Positions 1 to 11,049 of a stretch of DNA of 64,000 nucleotides are shown here, piece by piece. Position numbers and translations under genes: made by a program. This DNA comes from Thermoanaerobaculia bacterium (lineage in GTDB: Bacteria > Acidobacteriota > Thermoanaerobaculia > UBA5066 > Gp7-AA6): positions 3,739-67,738 of the forward strand of contig JBBRDK010000003.1 in assembly GCA_038203955.1 (NCBI GenBank), written 5' to 3'. How positions within the stretch are numbered: position 1 is the first letter of the stretch; each line of letters opens with the position of its first letter. The notes beneath the pieces were generated by a model that saw nothing but the letters and a program-made list of their open reading frames with translations, made no database searches and was not told the origin of the DNA.

Positions 1-53
1 ATCGACTGCGACGGGAGAGTGGAAGAATGGATTGAGAAGGGATCCAGAGTCCA

Positions 54-98
54 ATCGATTACCGATTACCGATTCCCGACTTCTCCCGTTTCCCGTCT
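54..98. repeat. heptamer array (ACCGATT/CCCGTTT)
   Basis: atcgatt accgatt accgatt cccgact..cccgttt cccgtct. Confidence 0.8.
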
Positions 99-100
99 TA

Positions 101-185
<85 letters not shown>

Positions 186-193
186 ACGAAGGG

Positions 194-592
194 TCACTTG
201 CCCGAGGGTTTTGCGGGAGCCGCGGGAGCGGGAGCCGCCGGAGCGGGAGCGGCGGGAGCCGGGGCTGCGGCGGCCGGGTTCACCGGCGCCGGGCCCGGCG
301 CCTTCTGGGACGTCGCGGCCTTCGCGGGTACGGCCGACATCACGGAGCTTCGCCGGTTGCGCTCCAGGATCGTCAGAAGCAGAGAAAGAACGATGAAGCC
401 GATGAATGCGCCGGTCGTCAGCTTGTGCAGCAGAGTCGTGGCGCCGCGCGCCCCGAACGCCGTCTGGGTCCCGCCGCCGCCGAAAGCGCCCGCGATGTCC
501 GCGCCCTTCCCCTGCTGGACGAGAACGACCAGGATCAGGAAGAAGCAGATGAAGATGTACACGACGACAGCAACGGCGTATGCGATACCCAC
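194..592 (-). CDS. secG: preprotein translocase subunit SecG
   Basis: [36 protein letters not shown] motif, two TM helices, tpiA-secG-tRNA-Leu synteny; GGGAGG RBS before a GTG start. Confidence 0.95.
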   Translation of the reverse strand: MGIAYAVAVVVYIFICFFLILVVLVQQGKGADIAGAFGGGGTQTAFGARGATTLLHKLTTGAFIGFIVLSLLLTILERNRRSSVMSAVPAKAATSQKAPGPAPVNPAAAAPAPAAPAPAAPAPAAPAKPSGK

Positions 593-621
593 GGTGCCTC
601 CCGGCGAAAAGGGGACGAATC

Positions 622-1359
622 TTACGTGCCGGGGCTCCGGTCGTCAAGACAGCCGGCGATCGAGGCGAAGCCGCCGGGATCGAGACTCGCCCCGCCGATC
701 AGGAATCCGTCCATGCCGGAGCCCTCCAGGAGTGCCCGCGCGTTTCCGGGGTTCACGGAACCGCCGTAGAGGATCCGGACGGCCTGCCTGCCGGTGAGCA
801 GCCCCTGCAGGATCTCGCGGGCCTGCGCGGCGTCGGCCGGCGTCGCGGCCCGGCCGGTCCCGATCGCCCACACGGGCTCGTACGCGATGACGAGAGGACC
901 ACCCGCGTCGTGCTCCAGCGTCGCCACCTGGCTCGCGAGAACCTGCTCCTCGCGGCCGGTGATTCTTTCCTCCTCCGTCTCCCCGAGGCAGTAGATCGGC
1001 AGAAGTCCCGCCTCCCGGACGCGCGCGATCTTTGCCGCGAGCGTCGGAGGGTGTTCTCCGAACCGGTGCCGGCGCTCGGAGTGCCCGACGAGGACATACC
1101 GGCATCCCGCCTCGGCGAGCATCTTTGCGGAGATCTCTCCCGTGAACGCGCCCTCGCGGTGAGAGGAGACGTTCTGGGCGGCGAGCGCCCACCGTCCCTC
1201 CGGATCCCGGGTTTCCTCGAGCGCCGTGAACGGCGGCGCGATCACGAGCTCGACGTCGCCGCTCGAGACGCCGATCCTCTCGCCCAGCACTCGCGCGTAC
1301 AGCCGCGCCTGCGCGCGGGTCGAGTTCATTTTCCAGTTCGCGACGAAGAGGCGCTTCAT
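622..1359 (-). CDS. tpiA: triosephosphate isomerase
   Basis: ANWKMN, GAFTGEIS, GHSERR, AYEPVWAIGTG, LYGGSV, GGASL motifs; start moved to ATG 1359. Confidence 0.97.
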   Translation of the reverse strand: MKRLFVANWKMNSTRAQARLYARVLGERIGVSSGDVELVIAPPFTALEETRDPEGRWALAAQNVSSHREGAFTGEISAKMLAEAGCRYVLVGHSERRHRFGEHPPTLAAKIARVREAGLLPIYCLGETEEERITGREEQVLASQVATLEHDAGGPLVIAYEPVWAIGTGRAATPADAAQAREILQGLLTGRQAVRILYGGSVNPGNARALLEGSGMDGFLIGGASLDPGGFASIAGCLDDRSPGT

Positions 1360-1388
1360 CCGCGCATCCCGGCCGAACGATGGCGCGC

Positions 1389-2561
1389 TCAACCTTCGAG
1401 CGCCTCGATGCCGGGGAGGGTCTTGTTCGTCAGGTACTCGAGAGAGGCGCCGCCGCCGGTGGACACGTGGCCGAAGCGGTCGGCGACTCCGGCGAGGTTC
1501 GCTGCGGCCACGCTCTCTCCTCCGCCGACGACCGTGAAGGCGTCCGACTCCGCAAGCAGCATTGCCAGGGCCCGGGTGCCGCGGTCGAAGGGGGGCTTTT
1601 CGAAGACGCCCATCGGGCCGTTCCAGAAAATCGTCCTCACCGGCTCGAGCAGCCGCTCGAACTGCTCGAGGGTCTTCTGGCCGACGTCGAGCGCCATCTG
1701 GTCCGCCGGGATCGACGCGATGCCGACCGTCCTCGCATGGGCGCCGTCGTCGGGGGACTTCGCGACGATGAAGTCGGACGGGATCGCGATCGTTTTGCCT
1801 TCGCGCTTGCACGTGTCGAGGATCTCGCGCGCCAGCGGGACCTTGTCCTCCTCGAGGAGAGACCGGCCGACATTCAACCCGATCGCGCGAACGAAGTGGT
1901 TCGCCATGCCGCCGCCGATTAAGAGGGCGTCCGCGCTTTCCGCGAGCGTCCGCAGGGTGTCGATCTTTCCGGAGATCTTCGCCCCCCCGAGGATCGCCGC
2001 GAAGGGCCGCTCCGGGTTCAGCAGTCGGGAGAGGGCCGCGACCTCTTTTTCGACGAGAAGGCCGGCGGCCCGTTCGCGCAGGATCCCGGGAACTCCGACC
2101 ACGGATGCGTGGGCGCGATGAGCGGCGCCGAAGGCATCGTCGACGTAGACGTCCGCGAGCGCCGCGAGCCCCCGGGCGAACTCGGGGTCGTTCGCCTCCT
2201 CTCCCGCGTGGAAGCGGAGATTCTCGAGCAGCAGCACCTCGCCCTGCTCAAGCGCCGCGCTCAGAGACTCGATCTCGGGTCCGACGCAGTCGCCGGCAAA
2301 GCGGACCGGCCGGCCGAGGAGGGAGGCGAACTCCGCGGCGACGGGCGCGAGCGACAGCTTCGGGGAGAACTTGCCTTTCGGTTTGCCCAGATGCGAGGCG
2401 CAGATCACCCGCGCGCCGGCGTCGATGGCCATCCGAACGGTGGGAAGCGTTTCCGCGATCCGCGTCGCGTCCGTCACCCTCCCGTCTTCGAGAGGAACGT
2501 TGAAATCGACGCGAAGGAACACCCGCCGCCCGGACAGCGCGAGTTCGCGGATCCCTTTCAT
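1389..2561 (-). CDS. pgk: phosphoglycerate kinase
   Basis: RVDFNVP, SHLGKP, LLENLRF, AHRAHAS, WNGPMGVFE, HVSTGGGASLE motifs; true start ATG 2561 within the 942-aa ORF. Confidence 0.97.
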   Translation of the reverse strand: MKGIRELALSGRRVFLRVDFNVPLEDGRVTDATRIAETLPTVRMAIDAGARVICASHLGKPKGKFSPKLSLAPVAAEFASLLGRPVRFAGDCVGPEIESLSAALEQGEVLLLENLRFHAGEEANDPEFARGLAALADVYVDDAFGAAHRAHASVVGVPGILRERAAGLLVEKEVAALSRLLNPERPFAAILGGAKISGKIDTLRTLAESADALLIGGGMANHFVRAIGLNVGRSLLEEDKVPLAREILDTCKREGKTIAIPSDFIVAKSPDDGAHARTVGIASIPADQMALDVGQKTLEQFERLLEPVRTIFWNGPMGVFEKPPFDRGTRALAMLLAESDAFTVVGGGESVAAANLAGVADRFGHVSTGGGASLEYLTNKTLPGIEALEG

Positions 2562-2603
2562 GACGAGCGGGATCTTAACCGCGACACATAGAATGGGAAG
2601 GAG

Positions 2604-4361
2604 ATGAAAAAGCTCCTGTGGCTGTGCGCCGGGCTGCTCCTCTGGGCCTCGGCGACGGCGGAGGATCTGCGAGTTTCGCGCGGCGCCGGCGGCGCGGTGG
2701 CCTCCGAGGAAGAGATCGCCGCACGCGTCGGCATCGAGATCCTGAAAAAGGGGGGCAACGCCACGGACGCCGCGGTCGCGGTGTCGTTTGCGCTCGCCGT
2801 CACATGGCCCGAAGCCGGCAACCTCGGCGGAGGCGGGTTCTGGCTGTCGCGAGACCCGTCGGGAAAGATCCTCGTGGTCGACTACCGGGAGGTCGCTCCC
2901 CGGGAGGCCCGCCGCGACCTGTACATCCGCCCGAACGCCCGGGGAGTGGTGCCGTCCGCCGCCGAGGGGCCTCTGGCGACCGGCGTTCCCGGAACGGTCG
3001 CCGGACTCGCCCTCGCGCACCGGCGCGGCGGCCGTTTGCGATGGCGGGACCTCGTCGAGCCCGCGATCCGTCTCGCGCGGGACGGTTTCGTCATGACGGA
3101 GAACACGTCCGCCTCGATCGCCTGGAACAGGGAGCGTCTCCTTCGCGACCCGGAGACCGCCCGGGTTTTCCTGCCGGGCGGAGCGGCGCCCGCTCCCGGA
3201 TCGACGTTCCGGCAGCCCGATCTCGCGGCGACCCTGACGGCGATCCGCGACCGCGGCGAGGACGGCTTCTACCGGGGAAGCGTCGCGCGCTCGATCGAGG
3301 AAGGCCAGCGGCGGCAGGGCGGACTGATCAGCCGCGGCGATCTCGCGCGGTACGAGGCGAAGACGCGCCCGCCGGTCCGCTTCCGTTTCGCGAATTCGGA
3401 CGTGCTCACGACACCGGCGCCCTCTTCGGGGCCCGCGCTGGCGGAGATGGTTCTTCTGGCGACCCTCGTCGGGCCGGACAAGCTCCGCGCCCGCGACGTG
3501 TCCTCGGCCCATTGGGCAGCGGAGATCGAAAAGCGGGCGTTCCGCGACCGCAACCGATATCTCGGCGACCCGTCGTTCGGCGGAGTGCGCCAGAACCTTT
3601 TCACCGACATAACCCGGCTCCGGGCCATCGCGGCGACGATCCGGCCGGACCGCGCGACGGCGACGGAAAATCTTCGCGGAGCGGAATCGGACAAGCCCAG
3701 CACGACGCACTTCTCGATCGTCGATGCGGCGGGGGGCGCCGTGTCGGTGACGACGACCCTGAACGATTCGTTCGGCAACGCGCGGGTCGCCCCCGGCCTC
3801 GGCTTTCTCTGGAACGACGAGATGGACGACTTCGCCACGCGGCCCGGCCAGAAGAACATGTACGGCCTCGTGCAGGGGAAAGTGAACGCCGTCGCGCCCG
3901 GCAAGCGCATGCTCTCCGCGATGTGCCCGATCATCGTCGTGTCGCAAGGAAGGGTCGCGTTCGTCTGGGGCACTCCGGGCGGCTCGACGATCCCGACGAC
4001 GAACTTCCAGGTGCTGCTCGGAATCCTTCTGCGCAACGAGACCCTCGAGACGGCCATCGCCGCGCCACGGTTCCACCAGCAGGACCTGCCCGACACCGTC
4101 CAGTACGAGCGAGGACGGTTCGGGCCGGACTGGATCGAAGGTCTGCGGGGGCTCGGCCACACCGTCGTCGAGCGGGACGACGGCATCTACAAGTCGGGGT
4201 TGATGGGCCGCGTACACGGCATCGCCCGCAATCCCGACGGATCGTGGACGGCGGTCGCCGATCCCCGCCGGAGCGGCGCGGGCCTCGTCGTCCGCCCAGC
4301 GGGCGCCAGCCTCGTCGTCCGCCCAGCGGGCGCGAGCCCAGTCATCCGGCCGACTCCGTGA
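2604..4361 (+). CDS. ggt: gamma-glutamyltransferase (secreted)
   Basis: Signal peptide; [18 protein letters not shown] autoprocessing Thr, [28 protein letters not shown]. Confidence 0.95.
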   Translation: MKKLLWLCAGLLLWASATAEDLRVSRGAGGAVASEEEIAARVGIEILKKGGNATDAAVAVSFALAVTWPEAGNLGGGGFWLSRDPSGKILVVDYREVAPREARRDLYIRPNARGVVPSAAEGPLATGVPGTVAGLALAHRRGGRLRWRDLVEPAIRLARDGFVMTENTSASIAWNRERLLRDPETARVFLPGGAAPAPGSTFRQPDLAATLTAIRDRGEDGFYRGSVARSIEEGQRRQGGLISRGDLARYEAKTRPPVRFRFANSDVLTTPAPSSGPALAEMVLLATLVGPDKLRARDVSSAHWAAEIEKRAFRDRNRYLGDPSFGGVRQNLFTDITRLRAIAATIRPDRATATENLRGAESDKPSTTHFSIVDAAGGAVSVTTTLNDSFGNARVAPGLGFLWNDEMDDFATRPGQKNMYGLVQGKVNAVAPGKRMLSAMCPIIVVSQGRVAFVWGTPGGSTIPTTNFQVLLGILLRNETLETAIAAPRFHQQDLPDTVQYERGRFGPDWIEGLRGLGHTVVERDDGIYKSGLMGRVHGIARNPDGSWTAVADPRRSGAGLVVRPAGASLVVRPAGASPVIRPTP

Positions 4362-5506
4362 CGCCTCCGGCGGGAGATCCTTCGAGCCGGCCGCCAGGGA
4401 GCAGCGCGGGGCCCGGCACGGGCGCGGCGCTTCTTCGGCCGCTCTACCGCGAGGGGCGAACCCTGAGGATGCTGGACCAGCGTCTGCTGCCGGGCGAGGA
4501 AGTCTGGATGACTCTCGAGGATCCCGCCGCGATTGCGCGCGCGATCCGGGACATGGCGGTCCGCGGGGCGCCGGCGATCGGCGTGGCCGCGGCCTACGGA
4601 GCCGCCTTCTTCCTCCGGGAGCCGGGGGCGGCGGGCTCTCCGCGCGACCGTTTCGAGGCGGCTCGGGCGCTGCTGGCGGCCAGCCGGCCGACAGCCGTCA
4701 ATCTGTTCGCGGCCCTGGAGCGCCTCGGCGCGCGCTTCGAGTCGCTCGCCGGCGCGTCCGCGCCCGAGATCGAGGCCGGTCTCGTCGCCGAAGCGGACGC
4801 GGTCGCGGAAGAGGACATCGCCTCGTGTCTTCGAATCGGGGAGTACGGCGCGGCGCTGCTGACGGGAGGCACCACCGTGCTGACCCACTGCAACGCCGGG
4901 GCCCTCGCGACGGCGGGGTACGGGACCGCGCTCGGCGTCATCCGCGGGGCGGTGGCGGAGGGCAAGGCCATTCGCGTGCTCGCCGACGAGACGCGGCCCT
5001 TCCTTCAGGGCGCGCGCCTGACCGCCTGGGAGCTCGCCCGGGACGGGATCCCGGTCGAGATCCTGACGGACAGCATGGCGGGACACTTTCTCTCGAAGGG
5101 CGAGATCTCCGCGGTCATCGTCGGCGCGGATCGCATCGCCGCCAACGGAGACACCGCGAACAAGATCGGCACGTACTCGCTCGCCGTGCTCGCGAGGGAA
5201 AGCGGCGTGCCGCTCTACGTCGCCGCTCCCGCGACGACCCTCGACCTCGCCTGCCCGGCCGGCGCTTCGATCCCGATCGAGGAAAGAACGTCCGCGGAAG
5301 TCCTTTCGATCGGAGGGCACCGGATCGCCCCGGAGGGAATCGTCGCGCGGCACGTCGCGTTCGACGTCACGCCGGCCCGCTACATCACCGCCATCGTCAC
5401 CGACGAGGGGATCTGCCGTCCGCCCTACGGGGAGAGTCTCGCGGACGCCGTCGAAAGGGCGAAGAAAAGACGGGAGTCGGGAATCGGACTGACAACTGAT
5501 AGCTGA
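4358..5506 (+). CDS. mtnA: S-methyl-5-thioribose-1-phosphate isomerase
   Basis: [63 protein letters not shown]; GTG overlaps the ggt stop (start uncertain). Confidence 0.93.
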   Translation: MTPPAGDPSSRPPGSSAGPGTGAALLRPLYREGRTLRMLDQRLLPGEEVWMTLEDPAAIARAIRDMAVRGAPAIGVAAAYGAAFFLREPGAAGSPRDRFEAARALLAASRPTAVNLFAALERLGARFESLAGASAPEIEAGLVAEADAVAEEDIASCLRIGEYGAALLTGGTTVLTHCNAGALATAGYGTALGVIRGAVAEGKAIRVLADETRPFLQGARLTAWELARDGIPVEILTDSMAGHFLSKGEISAVIVGADRIAANGDTANKIGTYSLAVLARESGVPLYVAAPATTLDLACPAGASIPIEERTSAEVLSIGGHRIAPEGIVARHVAFDVTPARYITAIVTDEGICRPPYGESLADAVERAKKRRESGIGLTTDS

Positions 5507-5525
5507 TAACTGTTAACTGGCAACT
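5471..5525. repeat. compound heptamer array (CGGGAAT then ACTGANA)
   Basis: cgggagt cgggaat; actgaca actgata gctgata actgtta actggca. Confidence 0.85.
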
Positions 5526-5530
5526 CCCCC

Positions 5531-6583
5531 TTGCTCATCCTCGGCATCGAAACCTCCTGCGACGAGACGTCGGTCGCCTTGATCGAGGACTCCGGCCGGC
5601 TCCTCTCCAACGTGATCGCATCGTCGGCGGAGGCGCACGCTCTCTACGGGGGCGTCGTGCCGGAGGTTGCGGCGAGGGCGCACCTCGAAAACCTGCCGGG
5701 AACCTTCGAGAAGGCGCTCGAGATTGCGGGCGCGGAGCTCTCGCACGTCTCGCTCGTGGGGGCGACGGCCGGGCCGGGCCTGATCGGCGCGCTTCTCGTC
5801 GGCCTCTCGGCGGCGAAGGCGCTGGCCTTCGCGCGAGGCCTTCCGCTCGTCACCGTCAATCACCTGGAGGGGCACCTCTTCTCTCCGTTTCTCCGCGCGG
5901 GCGGCGAACCGGCGCGCTCCGTGCGATACCCCTTTCACGGCCTCGTCGTCTCGGGAGGGCATGCGGAGCTCGTGCGGGTCGAGGAGGGACGGATCTTTCC
6001 GATCGCCCGGACCCGCGACGACGCGCCCGGGGAGGCGTTCGACAAGGTCGCGCGGCGGGCCGGGCTCGGTTACCCGGGCGGCCCGGTCATCGACTCGATC
6101 GCCGGCCGGGGCGACGGCGGCCGCTTCCCGCTTCCCGTCGGCCGGCCCGGGGACGGAACCGACGACTTCTCCTTTTCGGGCCTGAAGACCGCGATGCTGC
6201 GGGAGTTCGAGAAGCGGGGCGTGACGGGGGACAAGGTGGATCCGGACGCTCTCGCCCCCGATCTCGTCGATCTCTTTGCGTCGTTCCAGCGGGCGATCGT
6301 GACAGCCCTGCTCGAACGCGTCGAAACCCTGCACGCACGCGAAGGGATCTCGACGCTGGCGCTCTCCGGCGGCGTGGCGGCAAACTCCGAGCTGCGCGCG
6401 ACTCTTTCCGGCTGGGGAGACGAGCGGGGCGTCGAGGTCCTCCTCCCGGACCGGGCGCTCACCTCGGACAACGCGGCCATGATCGCGTGGGCCGCCGCGC
6501 TGCGTTTCCGGCGGGAGGGTCCGATCGCATTCCGCGACGCCAACGCCCGCTCCCGGTGGCCGCTCGGAGAGCCCGCCGCCTGA
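5531..6583 (+). CDS. tsaD: tRNA N6-adenosine threonylcarbamoyltransferase TsaD
   Basis: LGIETSCDET, YGGVVPEVAARAH, NHLEGH, VSGGH, DDAPGEAFDK, FSFSGLKT, GGVAAN, DNAAMIA. Confidence 0.96.
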   Translation: MLILGIETSCDETSVALIEDSGRLLSNVIASSAEAHALYGGVVPEVAARAHLENLPGTFEKALEIAGAELSHVSLVGATAGPGLIGALLVGLSAAKALAFARGLPLVTVNHLEGHLFSPFLRAGGEPARSVRYPFHGLVVSGGHAELVRVEEGRIFPIARTRDDAPGEAFDKVARRAGLGYPGGPVIDSIAGRGDGGRFPLPVGRPGDGTDDFSFSGLKTAMLREFEKRGVTGDKVDPDALAPDLVDLFASFQRAIVTALLERVETLHAREGISTLALSGGVAANSELRATLSGWGDERGVEVLLPDRALTSDNAAMIAWAAALRFRREGPIAFRDANARSRWPLGEPAA

Positions 6584-6595
6584 GCATCTTCGGCC

Positions 6596-6626
6596 GACGC
6601 TCGACGCTCAACGCTCGACGCTCAAC
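6596..6626. repeat. heptamer array (RACGCTC)4
   Basis: gacgctc gacgctc aacgctc gacgctc. Confidence 0.85.
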
Positions 6627-6646
6627 CCGTTAGACTCACCCTCCCA

Positions 6647-8446
6647 GTGCCCGACCCCAGCCGCATCCGCAACTTCTCGATCGTCGCCCACATCGACCAC
6701 GGGAAGACGACGCTCTCCGACCGCATCCTCCAGCGGTGCGGCGCGGTCTCCGCCCGGGAAATGCACGAACAGATGCTCGACGACATGGAGCTCGAGCAGG
6801 AGCGCGGCATCACGATCAAGGCGCGGTCGGTCACCCTCCGGTACCTCGCGAAGGACGGCCTCGAGTACACGCTCAATCTGATCGACACGCCCGGGCACGT
6901 CGATTTTTCCTATGAGGTATCGCGCTCGCTGGCGGCCTGCGAGGGCGCCGTGCTGGTCGTCGATGCCACGCAGGGCGTCGAAGCCCAGACGCTGGCAAAC
7001 GCCTATCTCGCCATTCACAACAACCTGGTGATCGTGCCCGTCATCAACAAGATCGACTTGCCGTCGGCCGAGCCGGAGCGCGCGCTCGAGCAGATCGAGC
7101 AGGTCGTCGGCATCCCGGCGGACGACGCGATCCTGACGTCGGCCAAGCAGGGTATCGGCATCGAGGAGCTGCTCGAGCGCATCGTCCGGGACGTGCCGCC
7201 GCCGCGCGGGAACCCGGACGCCCCCTTGAAGGCGCTGCTCTTCGATTCCTGGTATGACCCGTACCGCGGCGTCACCTCTCTCGTGCGAATCATCGACGGC
7301 AAGCTCGAGCCTCGCATGAAGATCCGCGCGATCGGCACGGGCCTGGAGGCAGAGGTCGAAGAGGTCGGCGTCTTCCGCCCGGAGCGCGAGACCGTGCCGC
7401 GGCTGTCCGTGGGGGAGGTCGGATCGTTCTGGGCGAACATCAAGGACCTCCACTGGACGCGGATCGGCGACACGATCACCGAGGTGAACCGGCCGACCGC
7501 CGAGGCGCTCGAAGGGTTCGCGGAAGCGAAGCCGATGGTTTTTGCGGGACTCTTCCCGACCGACGCCGACGACTACGGAAACCTCCGCGACGCCATGGAC
7601 AAGCTGCGTTTGAACGACGCCTCGTTCACGTTCGAGCCGGAAAACTCGACGGCCCTGGGGTTCGGGTTTCGGTGCGGGTTCCTCGGACTTCTGCACATGG
7701 AGATCGTGCAGGAGCGGCTCGAGAGGGAGTTCGATCTGGATCTCATCACGACCGCCCCCGGAGTCAGCTACCGCGTCATCACCACGGCGGGCGAGATTCT
7801 CGAAGTCGCGAACCCGAATCACCTGCCGCCGCCCAACCACATCGAGAAGATGGAGGAGCCCTACATCTCTTCGACGATCATCACGCGGGACGACTTTCTC
7901 GGCGGCCTCCTCAAGCTGTCGGAGGACCGGCGGGGCGTACAGAAGTCGCTCGAGTACCTCTCGTCGAACCGCGTCGTCCTGACGTACGAGTTTCCCTTGA
8001 ACGAAGTGGTGCTCGACTTCTACGACAAGTTGAAGTCGATCTCCAAGGGCTACGCCTCGTTCGACTACGAGTTCATCGGCTATCGCGAGGGCGACCTCGT
8101 GAAGCTCGACATTCTGGTGAACGGGGAGCCGGTGGACGCCCTGTCGCTCATCGTCCACCGGGAAGAATCGGCGCCGAAGGGCCGCCTCCTGGCGGCAAAG
8201 ATGAAAGAAATCATCCCGAGGCAGATGTTCGAAGTGATCATCCAGGCGGCCATCGGCTCGAAGATCATCGCGCGGGAGACGGTTTCGGCGATTCGGAAGA
8301 ACGTAATCGCCAAGTGTTACGGCGGCGACATCACTCGAAAGCGCAAGCTCCTCGAGAAACAGAAAGAGGGAAAGAAACGGATGAAGAGGGTCGGGCGGGT
8401 GGACATCCCGCAGGAAGCCTTCCTCGCCGTTCTCAAAGTCGAATGA
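6647..8446 (+). CDS. lepA: translation elongation factor 4 (LepA)
   Basis: [68 protein letters not shown]. Confidence 0.98.
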   Translation: MPDPSRIRNFSIVAHIDHGKTTLSDRILQRCGAVSAREMHEQMLDDMELEQERGITIKARSVTLRYLAKDGLEYTLNLIDTPGHVDFSYEVSRSLAACEGAVLVVDATQGVEAQTLANAYLAIHNNLVIVPVINKIDLPSAEPERALEQIEQVVGIPADDAILTSAKQGIGIEELLERIVRDVPPPRGNPDAPLKALLFDSWYDPYRGVTSLVRIIDGKLEPRMKIRAIGTGLEAEVEEVGVFRPERETVPRLSVGEVGSFWANIKDLHWTRIGDTITEVNRPTAEALEGFAEAKPMVFAGLFPTDADDYGNLRDAMDKLRLNDASFTFEPENSTALGFGFRCGFLGLLHMEIVQERLEREFDLDLITTAPGVSYRVITTAGEILEVANPNHLPPPNHIEKMEEPYISSTIITRDDFLGGLLKLSEDRRGVQKSLEYLSSNRVVLTYEFPLNEVVLDFYDKLKSISKGYASFDYEFIGYREGDLVKLDILVNGEPVDALSLIVHREESAPKGRLLAAKMKEIIPRQMFEVIIQAAIGSKIIARETVSAIRKNVIAKCYGGDITRKRKLLEKQKEGKKRMKRVGRVDIPQEAFLAVLKVE

Positions 8447-9195
8447 AAACGACCACCGCCGAACCGGCAGCCCCCGCTCCGAAAAGCACCACGCCCGCCC
8501 ACTCCGCGGGACGCGAATGGTACGAGTCTCTTCTCGTCGCCGGGATCTTCGTTCTGTTCGTTCGCACCTTCATCGTGCAGACCTACCAGGTGCCCACGGG
8601 CTCCATGGAGCGGACGATCCTGGTCGGCGACCATTTGCTGGTCAACAAGTTCGCCTTCGCGCCGCGCCTGCCTCTCTTCGCGCACTGGATGCCGTACCGT
8701 GACGTCCACCGGGGCGACATCATCGTCTTCAAGAAGCCCGGCGACGACCGCAACGACAACAACGTCCTGGTCAAGCGCGCGGTGGGAGCCCCGAACGACC
8801 TTCTCCAGGTTCGCGACAAAGCGCTTTACATCAACGGCCGGCCGGCCGACGGCCCCCAGGTCCAGCACATCGACCCGGAGCTCTACGCGGCGGGCGACCC
8901 CCGCGTGGCGGAGTCGAGCGTGTTGCGCGACCAGTTCGGCCCGTACCGCGTGCCCTCCGACTCGTTCTTCGGCATGGGCGACAACCGCGACAACTCTCTG
9001 GACAGCCGCTTCTGGGGGCCCATCCCCCGCCAGAACATCTTCGGACGCCCCTTTCTGCTGTACTGGTCCTACGAGGCCGAGCCCAACTCCCACATCTGGC
9101 GCGGGCCCCTCGACAAGATCCGGCAGCTCGGGAGTGTCGCCTTCCACTTCTTCTCGCGGACCCGATGGGACCGGATGTTCCGGCTGGTGCGCTGA
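8443..9195 (+). CDS. lepB: signal peptidase I
   Basis: VPTGSME catalytic Ser, VKRAVG catalytic Lys, [15 protein letters not shown]; ATGA overlap with lepA. Confidence 0.95.
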   Translation: MKTTTAEPAAPAPKSTTPAHSAGREWYESLLVAGIFVLFVRTFIVQTYQVPTGSMERTILVGDHLLVNKFAFAPRLPLFAHWMPYRDVHRGDIIVFKKPGDDRNDNNVLVKRAVGAPNDLLQVRDKALYINGRPADGPQVQHIDPELYAAGDPRVAESSVLRDQFGPYRVPSDSFFGMGDNRDNSLDSRFWGPIPRQNIFGRPFLLYWSYEAEPNSHIWRGPLDKIRQLGSVAFHFFSRTRWDRMFRLVR

Positions 9196-9896
9196 CGGAT
9201 CGGGCCTCCCCGGTGGACGCGGCTCCCGAGAGCCGCCGGGCCCTGTCTCCGTTCCGGGAGTACGCGGAAGTCGTCCTGGTCGCCGTCGTGTTCGCGCTGT
9301 TCGTCCGGACCTTCCTCGTCCAGGCGTTCGTCGTCCCGACGCCCTCCATGGAAAACACGGTTCTCGTCGGCGACCACCTCGTGGTCAACAAATTCATTTT
9401 CGCCCCGCATCGGTGGGGGCTGTTCCTTCCGTACCGCGACCTGCGGCGTGGCGACGTGTTCGTCTTCAAATTCCCGGAGGACCCGCAGCGCGATTTCATC
9501 AAGCGGGCCGTCGCGCTGCCGGGGGAGGTCCTCGAGATCCGGGACAAGGTCGTCTTCGTCAACGGCGAGAAACAGGCGGACCCGCGGGCGATCCACGCGG
9601 AGAGCCGAATCTGGCAGGACGATCGCGAGCTTCCGGAGGCCCTGCGGCGCCGCGATCAGCTCGCGGCGACCCGGATCGCCGCCGGCACCTGCTTCGCCAT
9701 GGGAGACAACCGGGACAGCTCCTACGACAGCCGTTTCTGGGGAGCCGTGCCCGCGTCGAACGTGAAAGGCCGCGCGCTGTTCATCTACTGGTCCTTCGCC
9801 CCTCCGACCCTGCCGCGAGGGGCGGGCCCCGGCGGCCGGATGAAGGACATCTTCGAACGGACGCGTTGGACGAGGACGTTACTCGCGGTCCGGTGA
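9165..9896 (+). CDS. lepB: signal peptidase I, second copy
   Basis: VPTPSME, FIKRAVALPG, MGDNRDSSYDSRFWG; real start possibly GTG 9213. Confidence 0.9.
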   Translation: MGPDVPAGALTDRASPVDAAPESRRALSPFREYAEVVLVAVVFALFVRTFLVQAFVVPTPSMENTVLVGDHLVVNKFIFAPHRWGLFLPYRDLRRGDVFVFKFPEDPQRDFIKRAVALPGEVLEIRDKVVFVNGEKQADPRAIHAESRIWQDDRELPEALRRRDQLAATRIAAGTCFAMGDNRDSSYDSRFWGAVPASNVKGRALFIYWSFAPPTLPRGAGPGGRMKDIFERTRWTRTLLAVR

Positions 9897-9897
9897 G

Positions 9898-9960
9898 CGG
9901 GAGCCGAGCGACCAACGGGAGCCAGACGGCCGCGGTACTCCGCGGTCAACTAGATCGGGA
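9898..9960 (+). repeat. 62-bp REP-like hairpin element, copy 1 of 5
   Basis: GGGAGCCGAGCGACCA...AGACGGCCGCGGTACTCCGCGGTCAACT shared with copies at 27050, 38395, 48473 and 61781. Confidence 0.9.
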
Positions 9961-10139
9961 TCGGGAAACGGAAACGGGAAACGCCACCCTCGAGTATTCC
10001 CTTCCTGATCTTTCCTTCGCCGCCATTTCGACCGTCGTCTTTCGTCCCCCGCCCCTTCCTTTTCGCCTCGAACGAGGCCCGTGGCCCCCCCTTTTCCGGG
10101 CGTCCTGCTAGAATTGACTCGAATCTCCCAGGAGGACAC

Positions 10140-10514
10140 ATGCGGGGAACGCGCCGGGTGCGCGGGGCGGCTACATTAGGCTGCATCGTCTGGCTCGCGA
10201 TCTGCGGGCTGATCGGCTACGTTTTGTACAAGGTCGTGCCGGTCAAGGTCAGCACCTCGGCGTTCGCGGATTTCCTCCAGGAGGAAGCGTCCTTCGGGTC
10301 CATCAAGAGTCCCGCCCAGCTCCAGGCCGAGATCCTGGCCAAGGCCAAGGAGATGGACATTCCGGTGACCCGGGACAACATGAGTGTGAAGCGAACCCGG
10401 GAGTCGATCACGGTCGAAGCGCATTACGAGATCACGATCGATTTCTTCAATGGGGCCTACAAGTACGTCTGGAAGTTCGACCCCGTCTTCGCCCGGCCCA
10501 TCTTCAACGTCTGA
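10140..10514 (+). CDS. small membrane protein, DUF4845-like
   Basis: N-terminal TM followed by KVVPV; position after lepA-lepB matches DUF4845 genes; AGGAGG RBS. Confidence 0.6.
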   Translation: MRGTRRVRGAATLGCIVWLAICGLIGYVLYKVVPVKVSTSAFADFLQEEASFGSIKSPAQLQAEILAKAKEMDIPVTRDNMSVKRTRESITVEAHYEITIDFFNGAYKYVWKFDPVFARPIFNV

Positions 10515-10935
10515 GGACCGAGCCGCCGCCCGTGAAAAGCGGCGGCGGGCGGCCTCGCGCGGCCTGTCGATCGCGGAAGTCTCGCGCCGGACGGGGATCC
10601 CGGCCTCGACCCTGCGCTACTACGAGCGCGAGATGCCGGCGCTCTTCCTGCTTCGGAAGACTCCCGGCGGACACCGGCGGTACGGGGAAAAAGACGTCGC
10701 GCGGTTCACCGCCATCCGACGTCTGACCGGGGAGGAAGCCCTCCCGCTTTCTGAGATCCGGCGCGTTCTGTCTTCGAGCGGGGATCACGAGCCCCTGCGG
10801 GAGGAGGTTGCGCGGCTGCGCGCGGCCTTGCAGGAAGAGGGCTGGACGGTCGCGGAGCTCTCCCGCCGGGTCGCCGTCCTCGAGGCCAGTCTGGCCAGAC
10901 TTTCGGAAAAGAAGCGCTGGTTCGAGAAGAAATAG
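10450..10935 (+). CDS. MerR-family transcriptional regulator
   Basis: SIAEVSRRTGIPASTLRYYE...GGHRRY HTH plus C-terminal coiled coil; start uncertain (likely downstream of 10514). Confidence 0.8.
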   Translation: MGPTSTSGSSTPSSPGPSSTSEDRAAAREKRRRAASRGLSIAEVSRRTGIPASTLRYYEREMPALFLLRKTPGGHRRYGEKDVARFTAIRRLTGEEALPLSEIRRVLSSSGDHEPLREEVARLRAALQEEGWTVAELSRRVAVLEASLARLSEKKRWFEKK

Positions 10936-10945
10936 GCTCTGTCCC

Positions 10946-11030
10946 GAGTTATGAGTCTTCAGTTCCGGGGCGAAGGCCTCGGAACGGTCGAGGCCTCGGG
11001 ACTGAAAACTGAAAACTGACACTGACAACT
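10946..11030. repeat. inverted heptamer arms forming a long imperfect hairpin
   Basis: gagttat gagtctt cagttcc ... actgaaa actgaaa actgac actgaca; inner stem AGGCCTCG/CGAGGCCT. Confidence 0.8.
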
Positions 11031-11049
11031 CCAGACCAGAGGAGCCCTC

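Noticed and set aside
210-300. GCGGGAGC repeats in secG
   Set aside because: They simply encode the Pro/Ala-rich SecG tail.
1389-4217. 942-aa Pgk 'fusion' ORF
   Set aside because: The N-terminal 550 aa is the antisense shadow of ggt; the real start is ATG 2561.
2618-5506. 962-aa ORF
   Set aside because: Only the part from ~4358 is MtnA; the rest is an alternative frame inside ggt.
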